Source of the DNA: Cyanophora paradoxa CCMP329
Taxonomy: Eukaryota; Plantae; Glaucophyta
NCBI GenBank assembly: GCA_004431415.1
Contig: QPMI01000038.1
Span: 332,955-396,954 of the forward strand
Reading direction: 5' to 3'
DNA: 64,000 nt
The notes beneath the pieces are model-generated. The model was not told where the DNA came from and did no database searches. It saw nothing but the letters and a program-made list of their open reading frames with translations. Positions 1 to 12,514 of this stretch are shown here, piece after piece; position 1 is the stretch's first letter, and each line of letters begins with the position of its first letter. A program made the position numbers and the translations under genes.

Positions 1-2547
1 CCACGAGGCCCGCAGGCCCTCCTCCCCGCAGGCGCCCCAGCGCGAGCTAGCGCTGGCGCTGGCTATCGCTTCAAAGAACGCGGTTGCAGCGCGCTGGGAG
101 CGGGGTGGGGCCGGCGCGGGGCGGGGCGGGGCGCCGCCCACTACTTCCAGCTGTAGCGCCAGTCGCCCTCGCCGAGGCGGCAGTGCTCGGTGCGCCAGCC
201 GGCCGCCCGCAGCGCCTCGCAGAAGCCCTCGAAGCGCCGCCCCGCGTAGTCCCGCGCCGCCTCCGTGTCCCCCTCCCTGAGCGACAAAGTCAGCCGGCAG
301 CTCGGGCGCGGGCAGGCTGGGCGCAGCGCAGGGGCGCACGCGTGGGGGGAGAGGAAGCGGAGTGCGCAGGCGTGGAAGTAGGCGCGCAGGGGCTCCTCGG
401 GCCCCGCCGCCGCCGAAATCAGCACGCGGGCGCGCCCCCCGGCGCAGACGACGGCGTGCTCGTCCCCGCGGGCGGCCGCCCCGTCCAGGGCCTCCCGCAG
501 CGTGTCCCAGGGCAGCCGCCGCGTGAGCGGCAGGAGGCGCGCGCCCAAGTCCACCCCGGGCTGGGCGAGCGCCCCGCCCCGGTCGGGTCGGGCGCCCCGG
601 CTCGGCAGGAAAGGCGTACCCCGGCGCCGAGGGACTCGAAGTAGAGTATGCGCTCGTGGCGGGCGACCTCGGCGGGGGAGGGTACGCCGGCGCCGTCCGT
701 GCGGAAGAAGTGCCGCGCCGCCAGCGCCGCCCGCTGCCGGTTCAGCGTGTCGAACGACATCGACGTGATCGCCATGTAGTTCTGGGGTACGCGATCTCAG
801 AGGCGGGGGGGGGGGAAGGCTGGCGGGGGTACGGACGAAGAAGAGGTGGAGGAGGGTAAAGGCGAAGAAGAGCCCCCAGGCACGCCGCTGCGGAGGGGGG
901 TGGGGGCGGGTCAAGCGCAACGGAAGGACGCAGGGGAGAAGAAGGGGGGGGGTACCGTGGAGTTGCCGACGAGGGGGGTGACGAGCATGCCGAGGAGGAG
1001 CCCCGTGAGGCTCACCGCCGTCTCCTGCGAGTTATCCTTCGCCTGCACGTCCTGTAGCCCCCAGCTCAGGCGAGGAACACCGTACCCCCCCTCACGAAAG
1101 CGCGCACGGCGGTGTTCCCGCGGCGGGCCTGGTGAACAACGAAGGCGGCGCGCGTGGCGCCGCCGGCGACGCCCACGACGGCGCGCGTCACGGAGCCGAG
1201 GCACGCCAGGAGCAGGAAGTACCGCGGGAACAGCGCCGAGACCATCTGGCGGGGCGAAGGGGTTGGAGGGGGTACGGGCGAGGACGCCGGAACGGGGGTA
1301 CGGCGCGCGCCTCGATGGCGATGGCGGCGTCGTTTAAGACGTCCGCGGCGAAGCGCCACGCTGCGGGGGAGGGGGTACGCGTTTCGGCGGCCCGGGGCGG
1401 AGGGCGGGGCCGGCAAGCGAGCGGGGGCGGCACTCTTCGCGTTCTGGTCGAGGTTCGTGCCCTGGAGGTAGCAGAAGACGATGGTCCCGACCTTCGACGC
1501 GCCGTCCCGGATGGCCCACTGCGCCGGCGCGCCGCGTTCAGGAGAGCGGCGGCGCCGGGCGCCGGGTGCTGATACGCCGCGGCGCGACGCGCCTGCATCG
1601 CGGCGGCGGCGGGAGACGCCTCCTCGTTACCCACCCCGACCCCCTTCAAAACTGCGCGGGCGGGGGCGGGCACGGGGCTCGGCCGGCGCGCCCGAGGAGG
1701 GAGCGGCGGAGCGCCCGCGCACTCGCGAGCGTCGACAGCATGCCCGTGACCGAGCTGCACAGCTGCACTTGTTGCAGGTTGGGCTGGCTCAATGGCCGAG
1801 GAAAACAAATTACATAATTGCAGCGAACCGCTTGCAGCGAATCCCACTTCTGGTACGTGAGGTAGTCCGCCGAGACGGACGCCGGATAGCCCTGCGCCCC
1901 GGTGAGCCCGCGTACGTCCCCGACAAGCCCAACGAGGCGCGCCCCCATCGCCATCGGGGCGGCGCGCTGCGGGAGGGGCGAGGCGGGCCGCGGGGCCGGG
2001 GCCGGGGCCGGGGGCGCGTGGTAGGCGGGGGCGGGCGAGGGCGGGGCCGGGCGGAAGCTCTGCTGGAGGGGCGTGGAGTAGGGGTCGAGGACGGGCGGGG
2101 GCGGGGGCGGGACGAGGCGCGCCTCCGGCAGGAACGGGCAGGCTTCCGAGAAGCCCACCGCTGGTGCCGGGGGTGGCCTAGCTCTGAGGCGCCGTGCGGT
2201 CACGCCTAGTGCGCCCCCTATCATGCCCGGGACTGCCGGCAAAAATACTTGCGCCCAAGGCAGTCCATCAGGATCGATTCCCGTTCCTAGCCCCGGTGAG
2301 CCCGCGTACGTCCCCGACAAGCCCAACGAGGCGCGCCTCTGGCAGGAAGGCGTCGGCGAGGTAGCGCTTGAGCGCCCAGAGCGCGCTGATGTGCCGCGGG
2401 CGGGCGACGGGCTGCGGCCGCGCGTGAACGCGGGGGCGGGCGGCGGCCGACGTCTACGTCGCGCCGGCGCACCTGTATTGAGTCGCCGGGGCCGGCCTCG
2501 AACGTCGTGGTGCGCTGCCCGTTTCGGATCTCGGTAAGCTTCACCAT
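1..2547 (-). CDS. RUS1: RUS1/DUF647 family (root UV-B sensitive / C16orf58-like) protein, spliced; 3' end at or beyond window start
   Basis: Joined exons give FLPE|GYPASVSADYLTYQKWDSLQ, LKGVGVG, WAIRDG, WRFAADVLNDAA, AVVGVAGGATRA, AKDNSQETAVSLTGLLLG and DTLNRQR, all hallmark DUF647 motifs. ATG at 2547. Confidence 0.9.
1896..2337. repeat. 48-bp direct repeat (1896-1943 / 2290-2337) flanking a ~346-bp insert within a RUS1 intron
   Basis: gccccggtgagcccgcgtacgtccccgacaagcccaacgaggcgcgcc occurs twice, with a partial third copy at ~2111-2134. Confidence 0.9.
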
Positions 2548-2812
2548 CTCGCCGCCACCGGCTCGGCTGGTCCTACAGGCTGCTCGCAAAGCGCACGACT
2601 GCTGACTTCAACGCAGGGAGCGCTGAGGCCAGCGCGAGTTCAAGTTTGGGGGGGTACACTCGTGTTAGCGCGCTGGAGCCACAGCGCCCTGCGGCGCGGC
2701 TGAGCACGGGCGTTGCTTAGTCGGGGTGCGGCGGCGTGCCCAGCAACTGGGGCTCTCGGCCGCCGGCGCACCGTTCGGAGGCCTTGACATTCGAGTTGTT
2801 GGTCAATTACGA

Positions 2813-5800
2813 ATGAAGGCGGCGACTCGTCGCCCGAAGCCGCCCGGCTCCGAGCCCGGGCGGCGCTCTCGTTCGCTTCCTCTTGGGGACATTAAGGCGC
2901 ATCCGCCGCCCGCGCCGCCCAAAGCGCGAGATCTGCGGGTGCCCACTCCGGCTGCGCCCCCCCTCCGGCCGTGCCCTGACGCTTTTCCGGGCTGCAGTAC
3001 CTTAAGGGTTTCTTGTTTTGGGCGCTGTTCTCGTCGATCGGCTGGCGTGCCATCCCGCAACAGTACCTTCCGCTGTTCGCCCACTCCTGCGGCTTCGGTT
3101 TCTACCTGCTGGTGAGTCTGGCGATGCTTCCCAACCCCTGGCCTCGCGATGCTTCCCAACCCCTGGCCTCGTTCATGCCCGCCGCTGCCGGCCGCCTGCC
3201 ATCGAAAAGAAAGACTAGGAGGAGGTGTTGATAGCGCGATCCATGCTCCTAGCCTGCGCATATGCGAGCAGATGAGTTCGAATCTTAGATTTCTCTTGTC
3301 TGATTGCTTTCTTTCCACCGGCAGATTGTGACGAAGCAGTCGAGGTCAGCGCGCATCGCGGCCAACAATCAAATTCTTTGCGGCTGGCGACTCACATGCG
3401 TACAGATGGCTAGTCCCTCTTTTCATCGGATTCTGCAGCTTTCTTTTCACCATGTTCGCCCACCGCGGCTCGCTCTGCGCATCTTCCACCGCCGCGCTAA
3501 CCGCGCGCAGGTACATGCTCGTCCCGCAAGACCTGCGCGATGTGTACGCCACGCAGATTCTTATGGCGTCCCACGGTGCGCCGATCCTCTTCCGCGCTGT
3601 CTTCTCTGGCGCCGCAACCGCGGCCCGCCCCGCCCCGCCCCACCGGCTGACCGCCGCCCCTCCCTCCCCCGCAGGCGCCGGTTACGGAGCCATGGTCGTC
3701 GTGGCTCTCGTCGCTGTGATCCTCTCGCTTACGAACCACGCCGCGAGTGCGCGGGGGCCGCCGCGGAACCGCCGCAGAGCTGAGCGGAGCGAGCTGACGG
3801 GCGGGGGCGGCGGCGCAGCGCGGAAGAAGGTGACCAAGGAGTGGAACGAGATCGAGCGGAAGATGAAGGACTACTGGGCGTCGTTCGACAGCTCGACCCT
3901 GGAGCGCTGGCGCTCGCTCGACCGCCCCGTCCTCGAACAGCTCTTCACCCCGCACGCCCTCGCCGAGTTCCTCTCCTTCAGTCCGCCCCCTTTCTTCTCC
4001 TCCCTTTCTTCTCCTTCATCTTCTTGACTTGGCGCTTGCGTCTCGCGCGCGCAGTGAACGAGGGGAAGCGGGACGGGGAGGATGGCGACGAGGGCGCCGA
4101 CGCTGACCGCTCGATGGGCTCCTCGGAGCGCGGCTCGTCCGTGGCGACCGAGGAGGAGGCGGCGGCGGCGGCCGGGGGCGGGGAGGGCGGGAAGGAGTCG
4201 GAGTCGGCCCCTGCCGCGCCTCAGCAGCAGCTGGAGGAGGGCGAGGCGAAGCCCGAGGGGGAGGGCCGGGCGGAGGCGGCGGAGGCGGCGCAGCCCGAGG
4301 CCAAGGAGGAGCCCGAGCCCGCGTCGCCCGCCCCCCCGGCTCCGGCGGCGGCGGCGGCGGCGCGCTCGGTGCTCCTGCCAGTGGCGCGGGCGGCGTCGGC
4401 GGGGGCGGCCGCGGAGGGCGTGCCGACGGACTGGCGGGCCTCGGCGGCGCGGCTGGAGGCGGCGCTGGAGGGCGAGCGGCGGGCGCGGGAGGCGGCCGAG
4501 TCGGCGCGGGACCTGGCGGAGGGCCACCTCGCCTCGGAGCGGGAGCTGAGGCGGGACGCCGAGGCCGCCCGCGACTCGAGCGAGAGGGCGCTCGCCGAGG
4601 TCGCGCTGACCCGCCGGAGCTTCGCGGTCGAGACGGGCTCGACCTCGGCGCTCTCCCGCGTCGCCTCGTCCGTGTCCCTCGCCTTCAGCGAGGACGCCCA
4701 CGGCGGCGGCGGCGCCGCCCTCGCCACCCCGCCCTCGTCAGCCCCGCCACCTCCTCCGCCGACCTCTTTGCGCTGTCGTCCGCGGCGGCGGCGGGGGGGG
4801 CTCCCCGCAGCCGTCGCCCCCGCAGACGGCGGCGGTGCTGCAGCGGCGGCGGGGCAAGGGCGGCGCTTCGGGCGCGGCGCAGGCGGCGCAGGCGCTGCCG
4901 GCGCTGAGTTTGGCGGGGACGACGCCCTCGACGGCGGCGCTGCTGGCGCGGCTCGCCGCGGCGGAGCGGCGGGCGGCGGAGCTCGAGGCGGCTGCGCGGC
5001 GGGACGCGGCGGCGGCGGCGGAGGACCGGGAGAGGCTGCTGGAGAGCCTGCGGACGCTCGAGACGACGCGGGCGCGCTTCGAGAAGCTGTACAAGGTGGA
5101 GCAGAAGAGCCGGCAGCGCGCGGAGCGGGAGATCGGCGAGGAGCGGGCGGAGGCCGAGCGCTGCCGCCGGCGCTGCGAGGCCGACAGCGAGCGCGTGCTG
5201 GCGCTCTACCAGGCGCGCTCCTCGGAGCTCGCGGCGGTCTCGGAGGAGGCGGCGGCGGCGCGGGCGGCGGCGGCGGCCCTCCGCTCGGAGCTCTCCGCCG
5301 CGCAGGCCGAGCTCTCGCTGGCGCAGGCCGAGGTGGAGCGGATGCGGGCCCTCCCCTCGCCCGAGGACGCCCTCGCCGAGGCGCGCGCCCGCGCCGAGGC
5401 GGCCGAGGCGCGGGCGGCCGAGCTCGAGGCGACGGCGGCGCGGCTGCGGGGCGAGCGGGAGCGGCTGCGCGGGGAGCGGGACCGGCTGCAGGGCGACGAG
5501 GCGGCGCTGGCGGGGGCGAGCCTGGAGGAGCTGGGGCGGGCGGAGGAGCAGCTGATGCGGGGCCTGGCGACGGCGCGGCGGCTGCGGGAGGCCAAGCTTG
5601 CCGAGCACTACGAGCGCATCCGGCGCGAGACCGAGGCGCTCAAGAAGGCCCGCCGCGAGGCCGACGTCTCCTGCCGCATCTGCTGCAGGTCCGCGCCCGC
5701 CGCCTCCCGGACGACTAGAGGCGAGGGAGGGCTAGAGCGGCCGCCTGGCGCCGTGCTCCCCGCTGCCTTTCTCGCCCTTAGACCGCGTGCCGCATTCGCC

Positions 5801-6006
5801 GCTGCAGCAACGAGATCAAGACGGTGCTGCTCCCGTGCGGGCACGCCTGCGTCTGCCGCGGGTGCGGCGCCCAGTGCGAGAAGTGCCCCATCTGCCGCTC
5901 CCTCATCGAGTCCCGCCACGACATTTACGTCGGGTGCGCTTTCTTTTGGGTTTCCGGGGGGGTACGCCCTCCCGCCCCTTCTGACGGATCCCCGGCCGGC
6001 AGCTGA
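2813..6006 (+). CDS. Multi-TM, coiled-coil, C-terminal C3HC4 RING (IAP/MUL1-type) E3 ubiquitin ligase, spliced
   Basis: Hydrophobic N-terminal exons (FWALFSSIGW, WLVPLFIGF, MVVVALVAVILSL), a long E/R/A-rich coiled coil (4400-5650), and CRICC|..TVLLPCGHACVCRGCGAQCEKCPICR. Divergent from RUS1 across ~265 bp. Confidence 0.8.
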
Positions 6007-7251
6007 TTTCAATTCTGGTCGCCGACGCCGATTTTGGCGCGTGCGCGAGGGGTTTCAAGCGCCCTCACACGATTTTGGGTCATGTCGAGCTATGAGACAG
6101 CCGTGAGAATCCGTTCCATGTGCGAACTTGTGTCGAAGACCAGTCCCCCCGCCTTTCGCCCCTCCCCTCCTCCTTTCTCCGGCATCCCCCTGTGTATAGC
6201 TATATCGCTTCCGCCCCGCCCGCATCTAGCTTCCCTAGCTTGGTCTTCGCTGTTACGTATACCTTTTCGTCAGTTCCGTTGAGGTGTTCAGGGCCCTTAT
6301 CCATTTTCTTGAGTGTACCACCTTGCAGTCCGCGCCCCCCCAGAGCAGAGCAGTCAGTGTCTTTCGCCCCAGAGGCCGTGTACTTGTACCCCACCACTTC
6401 TGGGGGCCGGATCAGATCCAGAGCGACGTCAGCAGAGCGCGCGCAGAACAGATGATTTTCCTTTTCGCGAGTACTTCTAACTCAGTCGTCAGCAAGGTTT
6501 CCAATGCCAGTCTTTTTGCAAACATTACTTAGTAAGTTGCTGCGTATTTCGCAAGCGTGTACGATAATCGAGCTCGATATCTAGATAGGATTGTGTATCG
6601 CAAATCGTTCGAAGACCAGCATTCATGTGCGGCGAAGTCCTGCGCTTGCGGTACGTGTGCTGCGGAATTCGAATGCTTCTAGATCTGCGTCTAGCGCATG
6701 CGCAGCGCCCCCGGCAGCGGGCCACGGCCCGGCGCGCGCCGAAGTCTACGTAGCTATAGTCGAATCGAATTCGAACGAGCGTCGCAGTCGTCGGAGCCGA
6801 CGCTGAGGCCTAGCCTCGCCTAGGCCGCCCCAGCTGCAGGCTCCAGGCTCCAGCTGCAGGCTCCATGGCCAGCCGGCTGGCCGCCCCCTCGCGATCATCG
6901 GATCGGACGTCGACTCACCGGAGGCGCAGGCCATGCAGCCCATGCTGCCCCATGCATGGCGCCGGCCAAGGCGCGGCCCCGCCGGGCCGGGCCCCGGCGT
7001 CCGACGGTCGTGACGTGACCAGGGACCGGTACCCCGCGGCCGTATAGTTGATCAGCTTTTTTTTCACCAAGGTTCGATCATCAGCAACAGCGCAAGCTTC
7101 TGCCCTGAGCAGTACGTGCCCTCGCGATCGAGGTGCAGTCCGCGGCCGCATCAGAGCGATGTCAAGAAAACCGTTCGTCTTTGTCCAGATCCAGATTCCA
7201 GACCTCAGATCGAGAGTCTAGAAACGTATACGTACGCATACGCGAACGCAT

Positions 7252-8059
7252 ATGCATGGCATCCGGCGGGGCGCCGTCCCCCGCGGCCGCGCGGTCGACA
7301 AATGCGTTCATGTTCGATGCGGACCCGGGAGATCTCAGTACGCTGATCCTGCGTGCGTCCGCAGTTTCACTTGCTTCACAGACGGGCAGTGCGGCCGGAA
7401 CGGCGGCAAGGCCTTCCTGAACGCGGCGGTCGACGACCAAGCCTTCTACAATACGTGCGTGCAACACATCATCCGCTGCTTGCCAAGTTGCGTTTCGAAA
7501 GCGCGTCCGAGCCGCGGGGCCCGCCGCCGCGCAGCTGCGGCAAGGCGGGGGCGAAGTCTGTTCTCACCCAGTATCCCGGCCCGCCCGACGCTACGAGCCC
7601 TTCTTGCAAGCCCATCGTGAAGCTCACCTCGACCAGATGGTAAGCTAGTATACATTCCCGTTCTGGGCAGTGCGCATGCCGGGATCCGACGATCTCTCGC
7701 GCGGCCGCGGCGTGGCAGGTTCCACAACGGTCTTCGCGTTTGGCAGCTTGACTCCGAGGTGCGAGCGGGTTCCGTAGTATATATACGTGCTCTTGATCAT
7801 GAATTTCTATTCGTCCTGGTCCGGTCACGGGTCCGAGTGAGGCGCGGCGCAGAGCGACGCGGTCTCCCTCGGCGAGCTGGAGTCGGCACTCGCGAGCGGG
7901 CCGGCGGGGGCCGAGCAGGAGGAGGCTGAGGCGGACCTGGCGATGGGCGGCCTGCAGCTGGCCGCGGTGGCCGACCCCGCCGACCAGGCGCTGGACCTCG
8001 GCGCCGACGCCGGGGAGGCCCTCTCTTGCGCCGACGGCGAGCTCCCGAGCCTCCTCTAG
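7252..8059 (+). CDS. Hypothetical Cys-rich protein with acidic C-terminus, spliced; 5' end uncertain
   Basis: Exons KCVHVRCGP..CFTDGQCGRNGG..CLPSCVSK / ..SCKPIVKLTSTRC / AHAG..WQLDSE / SDAVSLGELES..PSLL*. The last two junctions join in frame at gt..ag; the first is less certain. Confidence 0.5.
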
Positions 8060-8361
8060 GCGCGTGGATCGGACCGTCGACGGCTGCCGCCAGATGCAGT
8101 GCTGCAGCTGCAGCCCGACGCGTACGGCCGTGCCACGGTGGCTCGAGCTCCTGATACTTTTATAATTCGCTAAGTTAGACTGTGCATGTATACTGGAATG
8201 AATTTGAATGTAGTTTTTATTGTATATACGCGAGTGCGGATGCGCTGCCGGTCGATCGGCCGCTGCGGGGCGCGGCGCTAGCTCGAGCTCTAGGGCCCGG
8301 CGCCGGCGCTGCAGCGCTAGCTGCAGTTAGTTCAAGTACCCCCTCCCCGGAGCAGCGCGCG

Positions 8362-10200
8362 ATGGGGCGGGCTCCCAGGAAGTCTGCAAAGCGAGCGAGG
8401 ACCGAGGAACCGCCGGCTGACGGTGCACGACCGAGATCGACTGCGCCGCGCTCACCTGCGCCCGAGTTCGCTGATCCGGGTGCAGCGATCGCTCCCGGGA
8501 GACGCTGCCGACAGATGGCGACGCCGCGGCAGGGCCCTCGAGCGGTGCGCTGACGTGAAAGCGCGCTCGGGCCCGGTCTCCCTTGGCCAGCGATCCCCGC
8601 GCCGCATCTCCTCGTGCGCGCGTCAGGTTACTCACAGAAGCGTCGGCAGGCGTCCAGGAGGCCGCGATCCTGGACCTGCCGGACGAGCTGCTGGCGCGCG
8701 TCCTCTTCCACGCCGCCCGGCGCGGCTGGACCTCGCGCCCCTCCTGCTGGACCTCGCGCCCCGCCTGCGGCGCGGCTGGACCTGCGCCCGGCGCGGCTGG
8801 ACCTCGCGCCCCGCCTGCGGCAACCTCGCCGGTCTCTCCGACCTCGGGCAGTGCGCCCGCCTGCGCAGCCTGTACCTCGGGGTCGGCCGCCGCCTCTGGA
8901 CGGAGATCTACGACCTCGACGGCCACCTCTCGCCCGTGTCGCGGCTGCGGTCGCTGGAGACGCTGGAGATCGACGTGCCCCTCCCCGTCGCCGCCCTCGA
9001 GGCCCTCGCGCCGCTCTGGTCCACCCTCCGCTCCCTCCGCTTCCTCGGCACCGTTGAATCGGCGTCGATCGGCTTCTACGTCGAGGCGGCGGCCCGCCTC
9101 AGGCACCTCGAGCGCCTCGGCCTCCTTCTCTGCGACACGGACGGCTCGCAGTACTGGCCCAGCCCGGGCGCAGGCCAGCTCGCCCCGCTCACCGCCCTCC
9201 GCAAGCTGCGAGGTCCTACACCCCCCCCCCCCCTCCTCTCCTTCTCGGCGAAGACCGACCCGCCGGCGCCCGCAGTGCTCGACCTCGGGGTCGTCTACGA
9301 CTCGCTCGAGGTCCTGCGCGGCCTCCCGCCCCTCGCCCACTTCTCCGCCTACCTCGACGAGCCCGCCGCCGAGCCCTCCGCCTCCGCCATCGATACCGCC
9401 GCGTCCCTCCGTTCCCTGTGGCTCGCCTGCGACCGCCCCGCGGAGGCCGAGGGGCGCCTCCGCGTCGCCCGCCTCCTCCGGCAGACCCTCCGCCTCGCCC
9501 CCGGCCTCCAGGCGCGCGCGCCTCCAGCCTTCCCTCTTGCTTCATCCTCGCCCTGACCTCCAAGCAGGCGCTGGAGCTGATGCTGCACCCGGACTCCTTC
9601 GAGGACCTCGCCGCCGACGAGGAGCACTCGGAGGTCTTCGGGGCCCTCGCGTCGCTGGAGAAGCTGGTCCTCTCCAGCGTCGAGGGCGGGGGCGGGGGCG
9701 CCCTCCCGTGGAGCTTCCTGCAGGCGAGTACTAGTGCTCTCGTCTGGTGAGCGAGCGAATGAGTGCTGAAACGAGCGGGCGCAGAGGTTCAAGCTCTTAC
9801 CGTCGCTGCGCTGCCTGAAGCTGCAGGCCCGGCTCGTCATCGTCCCCAAGGCGAAGCGCCGGTCGCGGGGCCGCGGGCGGCGGCGGGCACGAACCGGCGC
9901 AGCGGCGGCAGCTGAGCGCACGGTCACTGTGCCCGAGCTGCGGGAGGCGTTCGCGCATCTGCGCGAGCTCCGGGTGCGCATGCGGTCCTGCCAATTTCCG
10001 TGGAAATTGGCGCTCTGCTCCAAATTAAACAATGCCAACGGCTTCGCAGGTGAGGGAGGAGGCGGCGCGAGCGATGACGGAGGCGGAGCAGGGGCGGCTC
10101 AGGGAGGCCCCGCGTGGTCTACGAGGGGCTCGCCGGCGACGACTAGCTGAAGTGATCATGATTGGAGGCCTGTACAGCGATTATCCTTCCCTTCCGTCCA
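8362..10200 (+). CDS. F-box/LRR-like protein, spliced
   Basis: F-box-like ILDLPDELLARVLF followed by LRR-like LRSLYL, LETLEI, LRSLRFL, LERLGL, LEKLVL. A ~25-bp unit is tandemly reiterated at 8716-8820. Ends approximate. Confidence 0.7.
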
Positions 10201-10435
10201 TATATATGGCCAGGAAAACAAGAGAGGAGGGAAGATCTAGAGGTGAGGGCAGCTGCAGCCTGCAGCCTGCACTGGCCCTGCAGCTGCGCATGCAGCTGCA
10301 GGCACCGCCACGGCGTGGCAGGTTGCAGCTGTAGCCTGTAGGCTGTAGCTACCGGCCCAGTAGTACCGGCGCGGGTAGCCGCTCCACTGGGCCAGGCCAG
10401 CTGCGGGCCCACGCGCGCGCGGCACGCACGCCACA

Positions 10436-12514
10436 TATTATTGGTGTTGTTGGGCCCGCTCTGCTGTGCTGTGGCTGCCCAGCTGTGCTCCCAGCCCGTG
10501 CGCTACACGCGAGATTGCCCCGAGGGGTGGTGGGGCTGTATTGGGAGCCGTGGTGCGGTCCCGGAGGGTACAGCAAGACTACTGACTGGGGTACATGGTA
10601 TGAGTGGCTCGACTCAGTGGAAACCAGGCTGGCAACATCTCCCTCACTGGTACGACCACGTCCACGTGGTCCACATCGGAACGGCAACGACTACGCCCGC
10701 GTGGTCGGGGCCGGGACGGAAAACGCCTAGGCCTGGCAATGAACCAAGGGCCAGAAGGGGTACAACTCTCAAAGGCCGTCCGAAAGATCGAGGGGTACGC
10801 CGAGGGAACGAGGGGTACAGGGATCTCCCTCACTGGTAAGGCGAAAGCTACCGAGGGGGGATCTCCCTCACTGGTAAGGATGAAGCCACTACGGAACTGC
10901 ACGAGAAAGGACAGGGATGAGAAAGAACCCGCTATCCAGGGCAGCAGCGAGGCGCGAGGTCTGAAGAGGCCAAGCCACTGATGGGACCCTGGGGGCCATA
11001 CAGAGAGGCACCGGCACTTGCATCCCACAGCAAGAGACCAGGCAGAAAACCACCACCCAACGGGAAAGGAAATGGGAAGACTCAAAAGAGGAATGGAGAA
11101 CGGCAAAGGATGCAAGGGGGCAGGGCCCGGGGACATCGACGTCGGGGTACAGCACGTCAGCGACGGGAGGGGCGGCTCGGGCAATCACGGCCATCGTAAA
11201 GACGGGTGTGACGCGCGGCACGCAAGGTAAGTCTGGTCATCTTGAAGCCTCGATTGCGAGTGACCGCATCTGAGCAAGACAGCAAGAGGGATCGGTCAGA
11301 GCCATCCTTCCGCAGGGCCATCACTCAGGCGGGAGGCTAGCAGCTCGGGACCGGCGAGGCAACTCTCTTCGGGGCTCCAACGGGCCATGGCAGGCTATGC
11401 GACTCATCGGATACATCATCCGGGATTGGAAGGGGCAACGCCGCATCGGATACATCATCCGTGGGCCATCGGACAGCGATAAGGGTCACGACTGAACGGC
11501 GCGGGGGCCGGACTCCCAGTCGGTTGCGACAGACTCTCAGTCGGAAGCAAGATAGACTCTCAAAGCTCATAGACTCTCAAGGCGACTGGCATGGGTAGCC
11601 GAGTCGCGGGACACGCATAGATGGTTCCCTTCTAAGAGCGACTCTCGGGGGGCGAGCTGCTAATGCGACGGAAAGAATGAGAGAGAGCGTATCTTCAGCG
11701 TGAAGATGTAGCTTGGTCGCCGCCTCCAGTCCGTACGCGCAGGTCCGGGCGATCGCGGCCAAGCCTTTGAAGTGCGCGCCGGTCTGGTTGGGCGGACTCC
11801 CGGGACGCGCAGCACTCGCAGACAGCGCTCGCCTTTGGCGCCCTTGCTCACGCGCGCGGAGCGCGGCGTGTTGAGTCGCTGAGGTACGCAAGCCGAGGCT
11901 CATGCCGGAATCACCCGGCCTCCGATGCGCGATGGCGCTGATCGACGTGGAAAGAACACCAGCTCTCGATCAGGCCGCACGGATTACGCTGGAATCACCC
12001 AGCTGCCAAGGCTGCTGCAGGCGGCACGGGAATCACCCGACGGTCCGACGCGGTCCAGCGCGCGAGCGAGGGCCGGTCGCGGGCATCACCCGGTGCTGCT
12101 GCTGACGAGCACATCGCTACGGTCGCGGTTGGGATCGCCGTCTTCTTCTCCTCCCTCCGCTTTTGAAGATTCGGCCTCCGTGCCGATCGTCCCTCCTTTT
12201 CGTAGTCCAGCGATCGCGCGCACTCTCCACCATGCAGAATCCACGGACTCTCCACCGGCGCATCGACGTCCGCAGCGTCCGTCGACGGGGCCAGGGGCTG
12301 TCGCGGCGAGGGTATTATTGGTGTTGTTGGGCCCGCTCTGCTGTGCTGTGGCTGCCCAGCTGTGCTCCCAGCCCGTGCGCTACACGCGAGATTGCCCCGA
12401 GGGGTGGTGGGGCTGTATTGGGAGCCGTGGTGCGGTCCCGGAGGGTACAGCAAGACTACTGACTGGGGTACATGGTATGAGTGGCTCGACTCAGTGGAAA
12501 CCAGGCTGGCAACA
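10436..12514 (-). mobile_element. Non-autonomous LTR retroelement (~2.08 kb) with 202-bp apparently identical LTRs
   Basis: LTRs at 10436-10637 and 12313-12514, with a 4-bp TSD CACA (10432-10435, 12515-12518). On the minus strand a polypurine tract (AGTGAGGGAGA) abuts the 3' LTR start TGTTG. No recognisable gag/pol. Confidence 0.85.

Noticed and set aside
6200-6540. Minus-strand degenerate coding-like stretch (..REKENHLFCARS..PPEVVGYKY..)
   Set aside because: Contains a stop and a frameshift and matches no family I can name; possibly a TE relic.
8716-8820. Short repeats resembling a CRISPR-like array
   Set aside because: Irregular tandem micro-duplications inside a eukaryotic exon; no unique spacers and no cas genes.
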